Source of the DNA: a virus
Taxonomy: Duplodnaviria; Caudoviricetes
IMG/VR virus record: IMGVR_UViG_3300050156_000143
Location: 160,001 to 224,000 of that record
Reading direction: 5' to 3' (one strand)
DNA: 64,000 bases
Both the position numbers and the translations under genes were made by a program. A model generated the notes under the pieces. The model was not told the DNA's origin. It made no database searches and saw only the letters and a program-made list of their open reading frames with translations. Numbering within the stretch: the first letter of the stretch is position 1; each line of letters begins with the position of its first letter. Positions 17,332-25,743 of this stretch are shown here, piece by piece.

Positions 17332-18021
17332 ATGGTAACGTTGGAAACACAATTAACAGCATTGTATGCAGTCCAAAACAGTGATCACGTAATGCTTTGC
17401 ACCACATACGGCACTCCTCCAGTAGGTCAGTATTCGCGGATGATTTCGCTTGAAATTGTGGTCAATCCGCCAACCGAGTGGGTTCCCGTTAGCGCAACCA
17501 CCACATTCGAGCTGTTCACTGATGCTGCAAAACTTGGTGATAAGAATACACACATCTGTCCACCAGTCCCGTTCGATACACCAGACGAAATAAACGGTTT
17601 GCGTGGCATGATTTCCCCTGACTGGACTACTGAGAATTGGTTCAAATGTCACGTGAATGTAGCGGCCAACAAAATTGCCGCAAAAAGTCGTCGTGGGGCA
17701 GGAAATGCCATGTTTGCGAACGCGCACACGTTGCGGATGTTTGGAATCATCGCGATCGATGACGGCGTGGGTTTAAAAGATGTTGGTCATCTTGATCCAA
17801 GCAACCGGGTATCATGTTACGTTGTGCCACAAGGTTGGTTAAAAGATGGTGAAGTATTGGTTGCTTACCGTGGCAACAACGTCGGCGATAACGCACTATT
17901 TCTGTATACCCGGACAGAAAATGGGATAGATGAATTTTGCGTTGTCAAAAATGAGTCATCTTCTCACACCGCGACCGCCGCTGATTATTTTGCAAAGCTG
18001 ATATTACCCATCGCCCAATGA
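17332..18021 (+). CDS. degenerate gp23-like capsid homologue (2)
   Basis: SRMISLEIV, AANKIAAKSRRGAGN, EVLVAYRGNNVGD. Confidence 0.65.
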   Translation: MVTLETQLTALYAVQNSDHVMLCTTYGTPPVGQYSRMISLEIVVNPPTEWVPVSATTTFELFTDAAKLGDKNTHICPPVPFDTPDEINGLRGMISPDWTTENWFKCHVNVAANKIAAKSRRGAGNAMFANAHTLRMFGIIAIDDGVGLKDVGHLDPSNRVSCYVVPQGWLKDGEVLVAYRGNNVGDNALFLYTRTENGIDEFCVVKNESSSHTATAADYFAKLILPIAQ

Positions 18022-18032
18022 GTGGTAACAAT

Positions 18033-18716
18033 ATGACAACTTTAGAAACCCAGTTAACCGGGTTATATGGTGTTGGAAATGTTTCCAAAGTAGCGCGTTG
18101 TTTACATGAATATCCGGTAGAGTTGCCCCGTTCTCCATTTTCTCCTGAAAAGGATTGGGAACCGTGTGTGATAACTAGGCAAAAGTGGGTCATGACCAGC
18201 TTGCGTGAGCCGAGTCCAACTGATTGGAAAGCTGTGACCCACGATACACCGCGTCAGTTGTTTGATAATATCGCCAATGCTGTCGAAGTGAATGTGTATG
18301 ATTGTCGAGAAGCCCCGTGGAGGCGTTTTAGTCAGCGCCTTTTACTGGAACTTTTCTTCGGCATGAAGTGGAACCCTGGTGCAACCGTGTATGCAAATGT
18401 GAAAACAATGTGCTCCATCGGGGTATCCAATGATGGCATCCCAGATACTCAAACCGTGTCTCACCTAGGGTATTCTCAGTTGTCGTACCATCATGTTGAC
18501 AAACAGTCTTGTTACTGTGTTCCAGACGATTGGTTAACAGATGGCGAAATTTTGATGACACGTAACCACCGACATGTTACCCATTACGAGAAATTCTTAT
18601 ACACCAGAATGCAAAACAATTTGGAGGAATATTGTGTGATCGAAAAGCCGCCAAATGTCTATCATCGGCCCAGACCTGATGTCCCACAGTTAATCAAACT
18701 ATTGATGCCAATTTGA
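18033..18716 (+). CDS. diverged paralogue of 17332 (gp23-like, 3)
   Basis: MTTLETQLTGLY vs MVTLETQLTALY; CYCVPDDWLTDGEIL vs CYVVPQGWLKDGEVL; FLYTR shared. Confidence 0.7.
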   Translation: MTTLETQLTGLYGVGNVSKVARCLHEYPVELPRSPFSPEKDWEPCVITRQKWVMTSLREPSPTDWKAVTHDTPRQLFDNIANAVEVNVYDCREAPWRRFSQRLLLELFFGMKWNPGATVYANVKTMCSIGVSNDGIPDTQTVSHLGYSQLSYHHVDKQSCYCVPDDWLTDGEILMTRNHRHVTHYEKFLYTRMQNNLEEYCVIEKPPNVYHRPRPDVPQLIKLLMPI

Positions 18717-18722
18717 ATACCA

Positions 18723-19073
18723 ATGTCAATGAACCTTTGCCTATATGGTGAGAGAACCATAGCATATAAAGACGGCAACCGGAAACGGCGGACGTCAAAG
18801 CAGCAAATTGAGTTTGAATGCTGGCAGACACCGACTGAGGTGAGCTATGCAATCAAATCAAGCCCAGACCCATTGGTCGCATATTCCAACTGGGTGAAAG
18901 AAAATGATTCACCCTATGAGGAGTATGATTACGCTGACGGAAATTGGTCACTCGATGAAGAACCATGCGGTAAAATCCTAGTAAGCCCGGCTGAACAGCA
19001 TCTGACTAAATTGTCTGAATGGTTGTGTTTAGCGCAAGAAGAAGGTTACGCCATCACTTGGTCGGTGCAATAA
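18723..19073 (+). CDS. hypothetical protein
   Basis: WQTPTEVSYAI motif; terminator follows. Confidence 0.7.
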   Translation: MSMNLCLYGERTIAYKDGNRKRRTSKQQIEFECWQTPTEVSYAIKSSPDPLVAYSNWVKENDSPYEEYDYADGNWSLDEEPCGKILVSPAEQHLTKLSEWLCLAQEEGYAITWSVQ

Positions 19074-19076
19074 ACC

Positions 19077-19104
19077 AAAAACCCACTGGTTAGGTGGGTT
19101 TTTT
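19077..19104 (+). terminator. intrinsic terminator
   Basis: AAAAACCCAC-TGGTTAG-GTGGGTTTTTT. Confidence 0.75.
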
Positions 19105-19168
19105 CATGGCGTCTTGTTTTGTGAGGATTCAAAGTGCATAATCCACACATCGCAAACAGGAGCGCACA

Positions 19169-19474
19169 ATGTCTGGACAAGGTTTCACGACCATCACGGT
19201 CAAGTTGACGAAAAACGTGATGAATCCACGTGGCCATCTAAACGGGCTAATTGGCAGTGAATCGTACTATTTGGCACACAAGGGCGAGGAAGTTCGATTC
19301 ACTTATAAACTCGGTCAAGATAACACGGATAGTGATCTAAAACGTGTGGTCGATCTGATCATGTGCAAAAACAAATTTCCGATCGCTTATCGCACACGCC
19401 GTGAAGCCTGGACTCAAGACTTCGTCATCGTTTCCAAAGAAGATTGGTTCGACGATGAATACAACGGTGATTGA
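19169..19474 (+). CDS. hypothetical protein
   Basis: CAGGAG SD. Confidence 0.7.
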   Translation: MSGQGFTTITVKLTKNVMNPRGHLNGLIGSESYYLAHKGEEVRFTYKLGQDNTDSDLKRVVDLIMCKNKFPIAYRTRREAWTQDFVIVSKEDWFDDEYNGD

Positions 19475-19514
19475 CACGTTGGCTTTCAACATTTAACACA
19501 AAGGATATTTCATT

Positions 19515-20774
19515 ATGGAACAAGATTACAACTTCATCGATGGCGTTCACGTTGGTATCAAAGCCTGGACTAAGGGTGTGCAAATGGAAGATGCTGCACG
19601 CCAACAATTGCTCAACATTTCATCACTGCCTTTTATCCATAGTCACATCGCGGTGATGCCCGATGTGCATTACGGTCTTGGTGCAACAATTGGCAGTGTG
19701 ATTGCCACAAAGGGCGCCATCGTTCCCGCTGCCGTGGGCGTTGATCTTGGCTGCGGTATGTTCGCACAACGCACGTCATTGGTCGCATCAGATTTGCCCG
19801 ACAACTTGCATGCCCTTCGCAGCAACATCGAGTCCAAGATTCCCCACGGTCGCACTAACAATGGCGGTCAAGGTGATCGCGGAGCGTGGCACAACGTTCC
19901 AGATGACGTTTACAAACGCTTGACTCCCAGTTTAACCGCATTGTCGGCCATCACTGAAAAACACCCCAAACTACAACGTGCGGCGCAACGTGCAGCAAAC
20001 CATTGTGGAACACTTGGTACTGGCAACCATTTTGTGGAAGTTTGCCTGGATGAGGAACAGCGTGTGTGGATCATGCTGCACTCGGGTTCACGTGGGATTG
20101 GCAACGCAATTGGCACTTATTTCATCGAACATGCTAAGAAAGATATGCAACGCTGGTTTATCAACTTGCCCGACCAAGATTTGGCATATATTCCGCAGGG
20201 TTCCGAGTTGTTTGACGACTACTGTCTGGCGTTAAAGTGGGCGCAAGATTATGCTCACATCAATCGCCAAGTCATGATGGATGCAGCGATGCGTGCTTTG
20301 ATTGAATCGGTGCCAAAACCGTTTACGTGCGACTGTGAATCGGTGCCAAAACCGTTTACGTGCGACTGTGAATCGGTCAATTGCCATCACAATTATGTGA
20401 ACTGGGAACGCCATTATGGGGAAAACGTGATGGTCACTCGTAAGGGCGCAGTCTCGGCACAGAAGGGGCAGTTTGGCATCATCCCCGGTAGCATGGGCGC
20501 AAAATCGTTCATTGTGAGTGGCAAAGGTAATCCAGAATCGTTTTGCTCATGTTCGCACGGAGCTGGGCGATCAATGTCTCGAACCGCAGCCAAAAAGAAA
20601 TTCACACTCAAAGACCACGAAATTGCCACCAATGGGGTTGAATGTCGAAAAGACGCGGACGTGATCGATGAAACCCCAATGGCGTACAAAGATATCGACG
20701 ATGTGATGAAGGCCCAAGAAAGCCTGGTGGACATCGTTCACACTTTGAAACAAATCGTGTGCGTGAAGGGGTGA
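19515..20774 (+). CDS. rtcB: RNA ligase RtcB
   Basis: MPDVHYG.GATIG, GVDLGCGM, GTGNHFVE, HSGSRG, CHHNY, PGSMG, SCSHGAGR, DE.P.AYKDI. Confidence 0.96.
   Translation: MEQDYNFIDGVHVGIKAWTKGVQMEDAARQQLLNISSLPFIHSHIAVMPDVHYGLGATIGSVIATKGAIVPAAVGVDLGCGMFAQRTSLVASDLPDNLHALRSNIESKIPHGRTNNGGQGDRGAWHNVPDDVYKRLTPSLTALSAITEKHPKLQRAAQRAANHCGTLGTGNHFVEVCLDEEQRVWIMLHSGSRGIGNAIGTYFIEHAKKDMQRWFINLPDQDLAYIPQGSELFDDYCLALKWAQDYAHINRQVMMDAAMRALIESVPKPFTCDCESVPKPFTCDCESVNCHHNYVNWERHYGENVMVTRKGAVSAQKGQFGIIPGSMGAKSFIVSGKGNPESFCSCSHGAGRSMSRTAAKKKFTLKDHEIATNGVECRKDADVIDETPMAYKDIDDVMKAQESLVDIVHTLKQIVCVKG
20303..20377 (+). repeat. exact 33-nt in-frame tandem duplication within rtcB
   Basis: TGAATCGGTGCCAAAACCGTTTACGTGCGACTG x2 + TGAATCGGT (ESVPKPFTCDC x2). 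Confidence 0.95.
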
Positions 20775-20778
20775 CACA

Positions 20779-21036
20779 ATGGACGAAACCGACTTAGCCA
20801 ATTTGTTACTCAACGATGTCCCAATAGAAATTGGCGAACGGGTGCAAATCATCAGCGGGGAATATTCTGGCAGAGTCGGAACGGTGTATGACGTGAATTC
20901 CGTGCGTGGCACTCAAACACTGGTCAAGGCACATCTAGATCAACCAGTGGACGGGCCATATTTATACGGCATGCTGCATATACACATTAGGCGCAAACAT
21001 GTAATTCGACACTGGGGGCAACATGGGAGAAATTGA
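20779..21036 (+). CDS. SH3/KOW-like small paralogue 1
   Basis: MDETDLANLLL...IEIGERVQI...IRHWG. Confidence 0.8.
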   Translation: MDETDLANLLLNDVPIEIGERVQIISGEYSGRVGTVYDVNSVRGTQTLVKAHLDQPVDGPYLYGMLHIHIRRKHVIRHWGQHGRN

Positions 21037-21271
21037 GCTAGCAAATTTACTCATGGGTGGAATTACCGTGGGTGATCGAGTTAGAGTTATTGACGCAGGG
21101 AAATCGGGAGGGTACTACAATGACGGTGAAACGGGAACGGTTCTAAGGGATGACACTATGAAAGATGACACAATATATGTGCAGTTCGATGCACACTGCG
21201 TTGCTCCCAACCGAAACGCTAACAATACTGCCTGGGTAAATGCAATGGCAGTCGAGAGAATCTGGGAGTAA
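21023..21271 (+). CDS. SH3/KOW-like small paralogue 2
   Basis: EIELANLLMGGITVGDRVRV...GETGTV...ERIWE. Confidence 0.8.
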   Translation: MGEIELANLLMGGITVGDRVRVIDAGKSGGYYNDGETGTVLRDDTMKDDTIYVQFDAHCVAPNRNANNTAWVNAMAVERIWE

Positions 21272-21274
21272 AAC

Positions 21275-21541
21275 ATGAACGAAAACGATGTTGCAAATTT
21301 GTTGTTACAAGACTTGCAATTTGAAGTGGGAGAACGGGTTGTCATACGAGATAATCCAATTGGGCAAGCTGCTGGAGTATGGTACGAAGGTGGAGAAACG
21401 GGGGTTATCCGTAACACTAGTATTCGCCATCCATGTGTTAAGTTTGATTTACCCAATCCCAAGTTGAAACGATTCGTCAATCACAATGGAGAACATTATT
21501 GTCACGTTGACATACGCGATCTTCGTCGTCATTGGGAGTAA
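21275..21541 (+). CDS. SH3/KOW-like small paralogue 3
   Basis: ENDVANLLLQDLQFEVGERVVI...GETGVI...RRHWE. Confidence 0.8.
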   Translation: MNENDVANLLLQDLQFEVGERVVIRDNPIGQAAGVWYEGGETGVIRNTSIRHPCVKFDLPNPKLKRFVNHNGEHYCHVDIRDLRRHWE

Positions 21542-21544
21542 ACG

Positions 21545-21832
21545 ATGGATGAAACGTTTTTGGCAAAGTTATTGATAGGTGAATTCCAAGTTGGCGACAG
21601 AGTACAAGTCAAGTTTGGAACAAACGTTTTTGGGTATCGTGATGGCGCAACTGGCCGAATTGTCCTCATGAATCCAAATCACCCACAACGGATTTGTGCC
21701 GTTTCTTTCGACGATCCTCAAGCCATCGCAGCATCGCCAGCTAAATTAACATATAAAGAATTCGAGAATTGCCGCTGGTGCCCTGAACACCATCTAACTT
21801 ATTATTGGGAATCCGATGACACAACCTTCTGA
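21545..21832 (+). CDS. SH3/KOW-like small paralogue 4
   Basis: DETFLAKLLIGEFQVGDRVQV...GATGRI...TYYWE. Confidence 0.8.
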   Translation: MDETFLAKLLIGEFQVGDRVQVKFGTNVFGYRDGATGRIVLMNPNHPQRICAVSFDDPQAIAASPAKLTYKEFENCRWCPEHHLTYYWESDDTTF

Positions 21833-22073
21833 ACACGATGTTGCCAAAATGTTACTACACGGTACTCCATTTTCTGTTGGAGATCGGGTGGAAGTGACAT
21901 TCACATGCGACTATTACGCTAGTGGAGAACGGGGCACCATTGTGCTCGCCACAGACAGCGACGCTTACATAACGTTTGACCCACAATACGTGAACAAACA
22001 TCGATACCCATTCAATGGTCGTCCAAACTGCGCGAATGCAATTACCCAGTTTCTAACACATTGTTGGGATTAA
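21816..22073 (+). CDS. SH3/KOW-like small paralogue 5
   Basis: EHDVAKMLLHGTPFSVGDRVEV...GERGTI...THCWD. Confidence 0.8.
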   Translation: MTQPSEHDVAKMLLHGTPFSVGDRVEVTFTCDYYASGERGTIVLATDSDAYITFDPQYVNKHRYPFNGRPNCANAITQFLTHCWD

Positions 22074-22074
22074 G

Positions 22075-22287
22075 ATGGACGGAAACGTTTTAGCCAGCAT
22101 TCTCTTAACCGGGGTTCCGTATCAGGTTGGGGACAAGGTTCAAATAACCCACGAACATTGCCGCACTGGCGTTATTCATGAACTTCATAAACTAAACTCT
22201 GGTGATTCGTATGCCGTAGTTCAATTAGATGACTGCACAAGACGATACGTCCATGTCAGAATCTTAAACCATTATTTTGGAGAATAA
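22075..22287 (+). CDS. SH3/KOW-like small paralogue 6
   Basis: NVLASILLTGVPYQVGDKVQI...NHYFGE. Confidence 0.8.
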   Translation: MDGNVLASILLTGVPYQVGDKVQITHEHCRTGVIHELHKLNSGDSYAVVQLDDCTRRYVHVRILNHYFGE

Positions 22288-22288
22288 A

Positions 22289-22705
22289 ATGAGTCAAACT
22301 GTTAAAAACCTTGTAATTCACGGTGTTGAATGGCGAATTGGGGATGAATTCTATTTCGTGCATCCCTACGAAATAGGACACAACCGGAAAGTGGTTGGGA
22401 TTGATGATAATGGCCTGGTACACGATTGCCACAATGGGAACAAACGGATTTGTGATCCTGCCAAAACACGTAATGGGGCAGTCTTCTACATCAATGTCGG
22501 TCACCAAGCTAGACTGACGGCAAAATTCCGCAAACCTGGTTTGTTGGTAAAAATGTCCGATGCGGAATTTATTCGGCGAAAACACGAGGTGGACAAAGCC
22601 ATGATTGCTTGCAAAATCGGGGGTTTCATCACGAATGCAACTATTATCTACACACTGGCAAAAATCAATATCAGAAAACATCGAATTGGCCTGGGACGAC
22701 TGTGA
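22289..22705 (+). CDS. hypothetical protein
   Basis: GGAG SD before ATG 22289. Confidence 0.7.
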   Translation: MSQTVKNLVIHGVEWRIGDEFYFVHPYEIGHNRKVVGIDDNGLVHDCHNGNKRICDPAKTRNGAVFYINVGHQARLTAKFRKPGLLVKMSDAEFIRRKHEVDKAMIACKIGGFITNATIIYTLAKINIRKHRIGLGRL

Positions 22706-23133
22706 AGGATCAGGCCGAAGTTACCCTCAACCAGTACGATCAACTTGTCTTTTACCGTGATTTACACCCTAGCCCTCCCATGAAAACACTATCTGATTTC
22801 CCGGTATTGGAAATTTTGGACAGGGTGGTTTTCAAAAATGGCGAACAAGGCATCTATCTCGGGGAAATGCGTGCAGGGAGTAAACGAGAACTATGCGCTG
22901 CGTTTATCGTCAATGATGGTCGCCACCCAAAATACATTCAGCCATCGGCAGTTCACCAATACGTTTCACACGTGTTCTCCCATGATGTTGAACATACTGT
23001 CAAAAATGGTATCAATTTTGCAACAAATTGCATGTACCGTGGAAAACTAAAATGGGAAGCACCATCGCTACGGTTAAAAGAAATTGACGAGCAGATTGCA
23101 AAATTGATGGAAGAACGTAGCAAGCTACTGTGA
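22702..23133 (+). CDS. hypothetical protein
   Basis: GTGA overlap; C-terminal coiled coil. Confidence 0.7.
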   Translation: MKDQAEVTLNQYDQLVFYRDLHPSPPMKTLSDFPVLEILDRVVFKNGEQGIYLGEMRAGSKRELCAAFIVNDGRHPKYIQPSAVHQYVSHVFSHDVEHTVKNGINFATNCMYRGKLKWEAPSLRLKEIDEQIAKLMEERSKLL

Positions 23134-23134
23134 C

Positions 23135-23159
23135 AAAAAGCGGCATAGGCCGCTTTTTT
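23135..23159. terminator. intrinsic terminator (CCTAGG family variant)
   Basis: AAAAAGCGGC-ATAG-GCCGCTTTTTT. Confidence 0.85.
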
Positions 23160-23230
23160 CATGATCCACCAAATTTATTTTCATTTTTTTCACCATTTTG
23201 TTGAAAAATGTGGTGAACTGTGGTTAAATA

Positions 23231-23845
23231 CCTGCTGTGAGGGAGTTCCTACCTTGTCCCTCACAATGACCGGGGCATGACTCACCCTTACCGTGTATTC
23301 TCTCTGATCCGTGCGGAAAGCCAATTCATTTTGGTGGGGAAGCTGGATGACAAAATTAGTAGGACGATAGAGGTACAGGCCATATCAAAATGGCTTATTT
23401 AAGCTAGCAAAATTAGGAATAAAACCCATGTCACGAAAGTGATGATGGCAGTGTGAACAAGTTGGGGTATATCAAATCATATACCACCCTGGTGGATTCC
23501 AGGTTCAACAATGCGGATGAACGAGCACTGTGCAACTGATAATTGCAAACATCGGGAATAAAGGAGATGCTGGCCATCGGGTTCGGATACTGCATTAAAT
23601 TGCGACTTCGTAATGTGAATAGATAGACCCCCATAAGAACGTCTGTGCTATCTCACACCCTGCGAAGGTATCCGAACCCAATGAATATCACGTTTGCGCG
23701 TGAGTCTCACTCATGTCCAAATTTAATTGAGTTAAAAATTTTAAGTTAAATTATTCTTTGTAAAATGATTTATAAGGAAGGCGAGCGCAGCGAAGCAAGC
23801 GAGTATTCCTTATAAATCACAGCGACTGTCAAGTCGGCTGTCTTC
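23231..23845 (+). ncRNA. putative large structured non-coding RNA or cis-element
   Basis: Begins right after TAAATA (23225); many hairpins and long-range inverted repeats; no credible + ORF. Confidence 0.45.
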
Positions 23846-24470
23846 TTATTTGATTACCTTTCTCTCAAACGTGTTTATTCAATGTGATGAATAAAACCGA
23901 AAAGGCCACAATTGTGTCCAAATTTTTTTTATTTTTCTGGTTTAAGGTGGGTTGGAAACCTTGACGGAAAAGGTGTAGGGGGAAATTTCCAAAAACGAGT
24001 GATAGATGTATTTCCCAAAATTTTTCCCGGTGAAATTAAAGGCAAAAAACACCTATGAAATTTATAGGTTATCGGTCAAGCGAACAAGTCGCTCGCCCAG
24101 TTTTTGGCAAATCGCCCTCGATCGCTACGCTCACGAGTTCGCTTCACCAAAAACAAATCAGGAAATAAAGTTTTTCAAGAAACCGGGAAAAATCATAGCG
24201 AAAACAATGTCCTTCATCAGTTCAAAAATTCACCCAACGACCTGGAAATCGGCTCATGAATTTGCACAATGATGACAAAAATTTTTTGAAAAAATACAGA
24301 CACCCGCATGTAAAGTTTTGTAAAACCGGTTGACAAAAGTTGAAAACACTATGGGGCGCGGGACGGCGCCGCGCCAGAAAATTTTTCTCATGGAAAACAG
24401 TGATCGGGGTTCCGTTTTTGTGTGAAAATCTGATTTTCATGGGCCAACTGTGCCCAGCCCGGTTTTATCT
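23846..24470. other. non-coding region with A/T homopolymer tracts, candidate origin or terminus region
   Basis: Dense A/T runs; CGCTACGCTC motif at about 24124; ORFs here look spurious. Confidence 0.35.
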
Positions 24471-24484
24471 ACTTTTGGAGAATT

Positions 24485-24709
24485 GTGATGGATGAATTTG
24501 AATGTGCGAATTTGTTACTAAGTGGGCAATCATTTAAGATATCTGATAGTGTCCAACTAACTGCGGACACATATCCGCCCGTTCCGAATGGTGCAAATGG
24601 GGTGATCATAGCGAGAAACATCCGTAACACTCAGTATTACGTGCAATTCTCTTGTTTGCATTCTTGCGCACTGGTGGAATCCGCCCATTTGTCGTATTGT
24701 TGGGTGTAA
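24485..24709 (+). CDS. SH3/KOW-like small paralogue 7
   Basis: DEFECANLLLSGQSFKISDSVQL...GANGVI...SYCWV; GGAG SD. Confidence 0.8.
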   Translation: MMDEFECANLLLSGQSFKISDSVQLTADTYPPVPNGANGVIIARNIRNTQYYVQFSCLHSCALVESAHLSYCWV

Positions 24710-24711
24710 TA

Positions 24712-24918
24712 ATGATCGAACGTACATGTCATGGTGGTAAACACTTTTTTGCAAAGTTGGCGGACATAAAGCGTGGCTGGGCCAACAGTTGTAGTAAATC
24801 TTGTGCTGCACATACTAGGGAAAACCGATTGGGTCGCAATGGATATCGTGGGGTCAACGTGGCAAAATTCTTTAATGCCCACCTTTGCAGTAACAAAGAT
24901 TTGGATCGTAACAAATGA
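24712..24918 (+). CDS. small Zn-ribbon-like phage protein
   Basis: RTCHGGKHF.A..ADIKRGWA..CSKSCAA. Confidence 0.6.
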   Translation: MIERTCHGGKHFFAKLADIKRGWANSCSKSCAAHTRENRLGRNGYRGVNVAKFFNAHLCSNKDLDRNK

Positions 24919-25151
24919 GTGATGAAATTGACGAAAATGCGCTGGCCTCTATATTGGCAGGTGATTTCCAAGTTGGGGATCGGGTTGCCCCCAGGGTCAA
25001 GTCGCGGCGGTGGATTGGGATGGTCGATAGTGTTGTTAATGGCCGCTATGGCTCGTTCGTGATTGTTAGGGTACGAGGATACACTGGGTGTATTCGGTGT
25101 GTGCCGACCGATCTCGAACATTATTTCGGAGAAACCGATGAATCACGATGA
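24915..25151 (+). CDS. SH3/KOW-like small paralogue 8
   Basis: DENALASILAGDFQVGDRV...EHYFGE. Confidence 0.8.
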   Translation: MSDEIDENALASILAGDFQVGDRVAPRVKSRRWIGMVDSVVNGRYGSFVIVRVRGYTGCIRCVPTDLEHYFGETDESR

Positions 25152-25395
25152 TATTGTGAGTATTCTGCGAGGTGGGTTTGCCGTTGGGGATATCGTGATT
25201 GCCATTCGCATCATGCGTTCACGCAACAAAGTGATCGTGAACCCTGGTGATGTTGGCGTGGTGGATCGCGTACTGGATAATGGGTGTTGCGTGGTATTGT
25301 TCACTATGGAACTAAACTATCCGGGGTTTGAACCTTATGTGACTACGATTTACGCACCGATAGACCGCTATCTTCGCTACTATTACAAGGATTAA
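25138..25395 (+). CDS. SH3/KOW-like small paralogue 9
   Basis: DDIVSILRGGFAVGDIV...GDVGVV...RYYYKD. Confidence 0.75.
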   Translation: MNHDDIVSILRGGFAVGDIVIAIRIMRSRNKVIVNPGDVGVVDRVLDNGCCVVLFTMELNYPGFEPYVTTIYAPIDRYLRYYYKD

Positions 25396-25396
25396 T

Positions 25397-25645
25397 ATGG
25401 ACGAGATCGAATGTGCCAATTTGCTTAGGGGTGATTTTCAAGTGGGTGACAAAGTGCGACTTGCCGATCATTATGTCAATCAATTTCCGCACACCAAAGA
25501 AGAAGCGGGCCACCTGGCATGGCATGGTAAGGTGATTGCCACATCTTGTGTTCCAGTATCCCGTTGTCTATCCCATTGTCTGGTGCTTTATGGTGACACC
25601 ACGGAGTGGTAACCTGTAAGTAATCTGACATATTGCTGGGACTGA
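25397..25645 (+). pseudogene. SH3/KOW-like paralogue 10 with premature TAA at 25610
   Basis: DEIECANLLRGDFQVGDKVRL...TEW*PVSNLTYCWD*; the read-through part restores the family YCW tail. Confidence 0.65.
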
Positions 25646-25743
25646 CAGTGCCCCCACGATGTCCTCACATTGTTGTCAACTTTTATCGCACGATGCCGAC
25701 CGTTGTGGTTATACTGGCACCACTTTAACCAAAGGAGAGTTCT

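Noticed and set aside
23310-23400. RNase P-like P4 helix (GGAAAGCCA ... AAAATGGCTTA)
   Set aside because: The 6-bp pairing exists, but the bulged U is missing and the strands are only about 70 nt apart, too short for RNase P; needs an Infernal test
23431-24440. ORFs 23431..23634(-), 24006..24272(+), 24222..24440(-)
   Set aside because: No SD or family motifs; K/F-rich composition reflects homopolymer tracts; treated as non-coding
20779-25645. Diversity-generating retroelement behind the paralogue array
   Set aside because: No reverse transcriptase and no near-identical template/variable repeat pair with adenine-specific differences in the window
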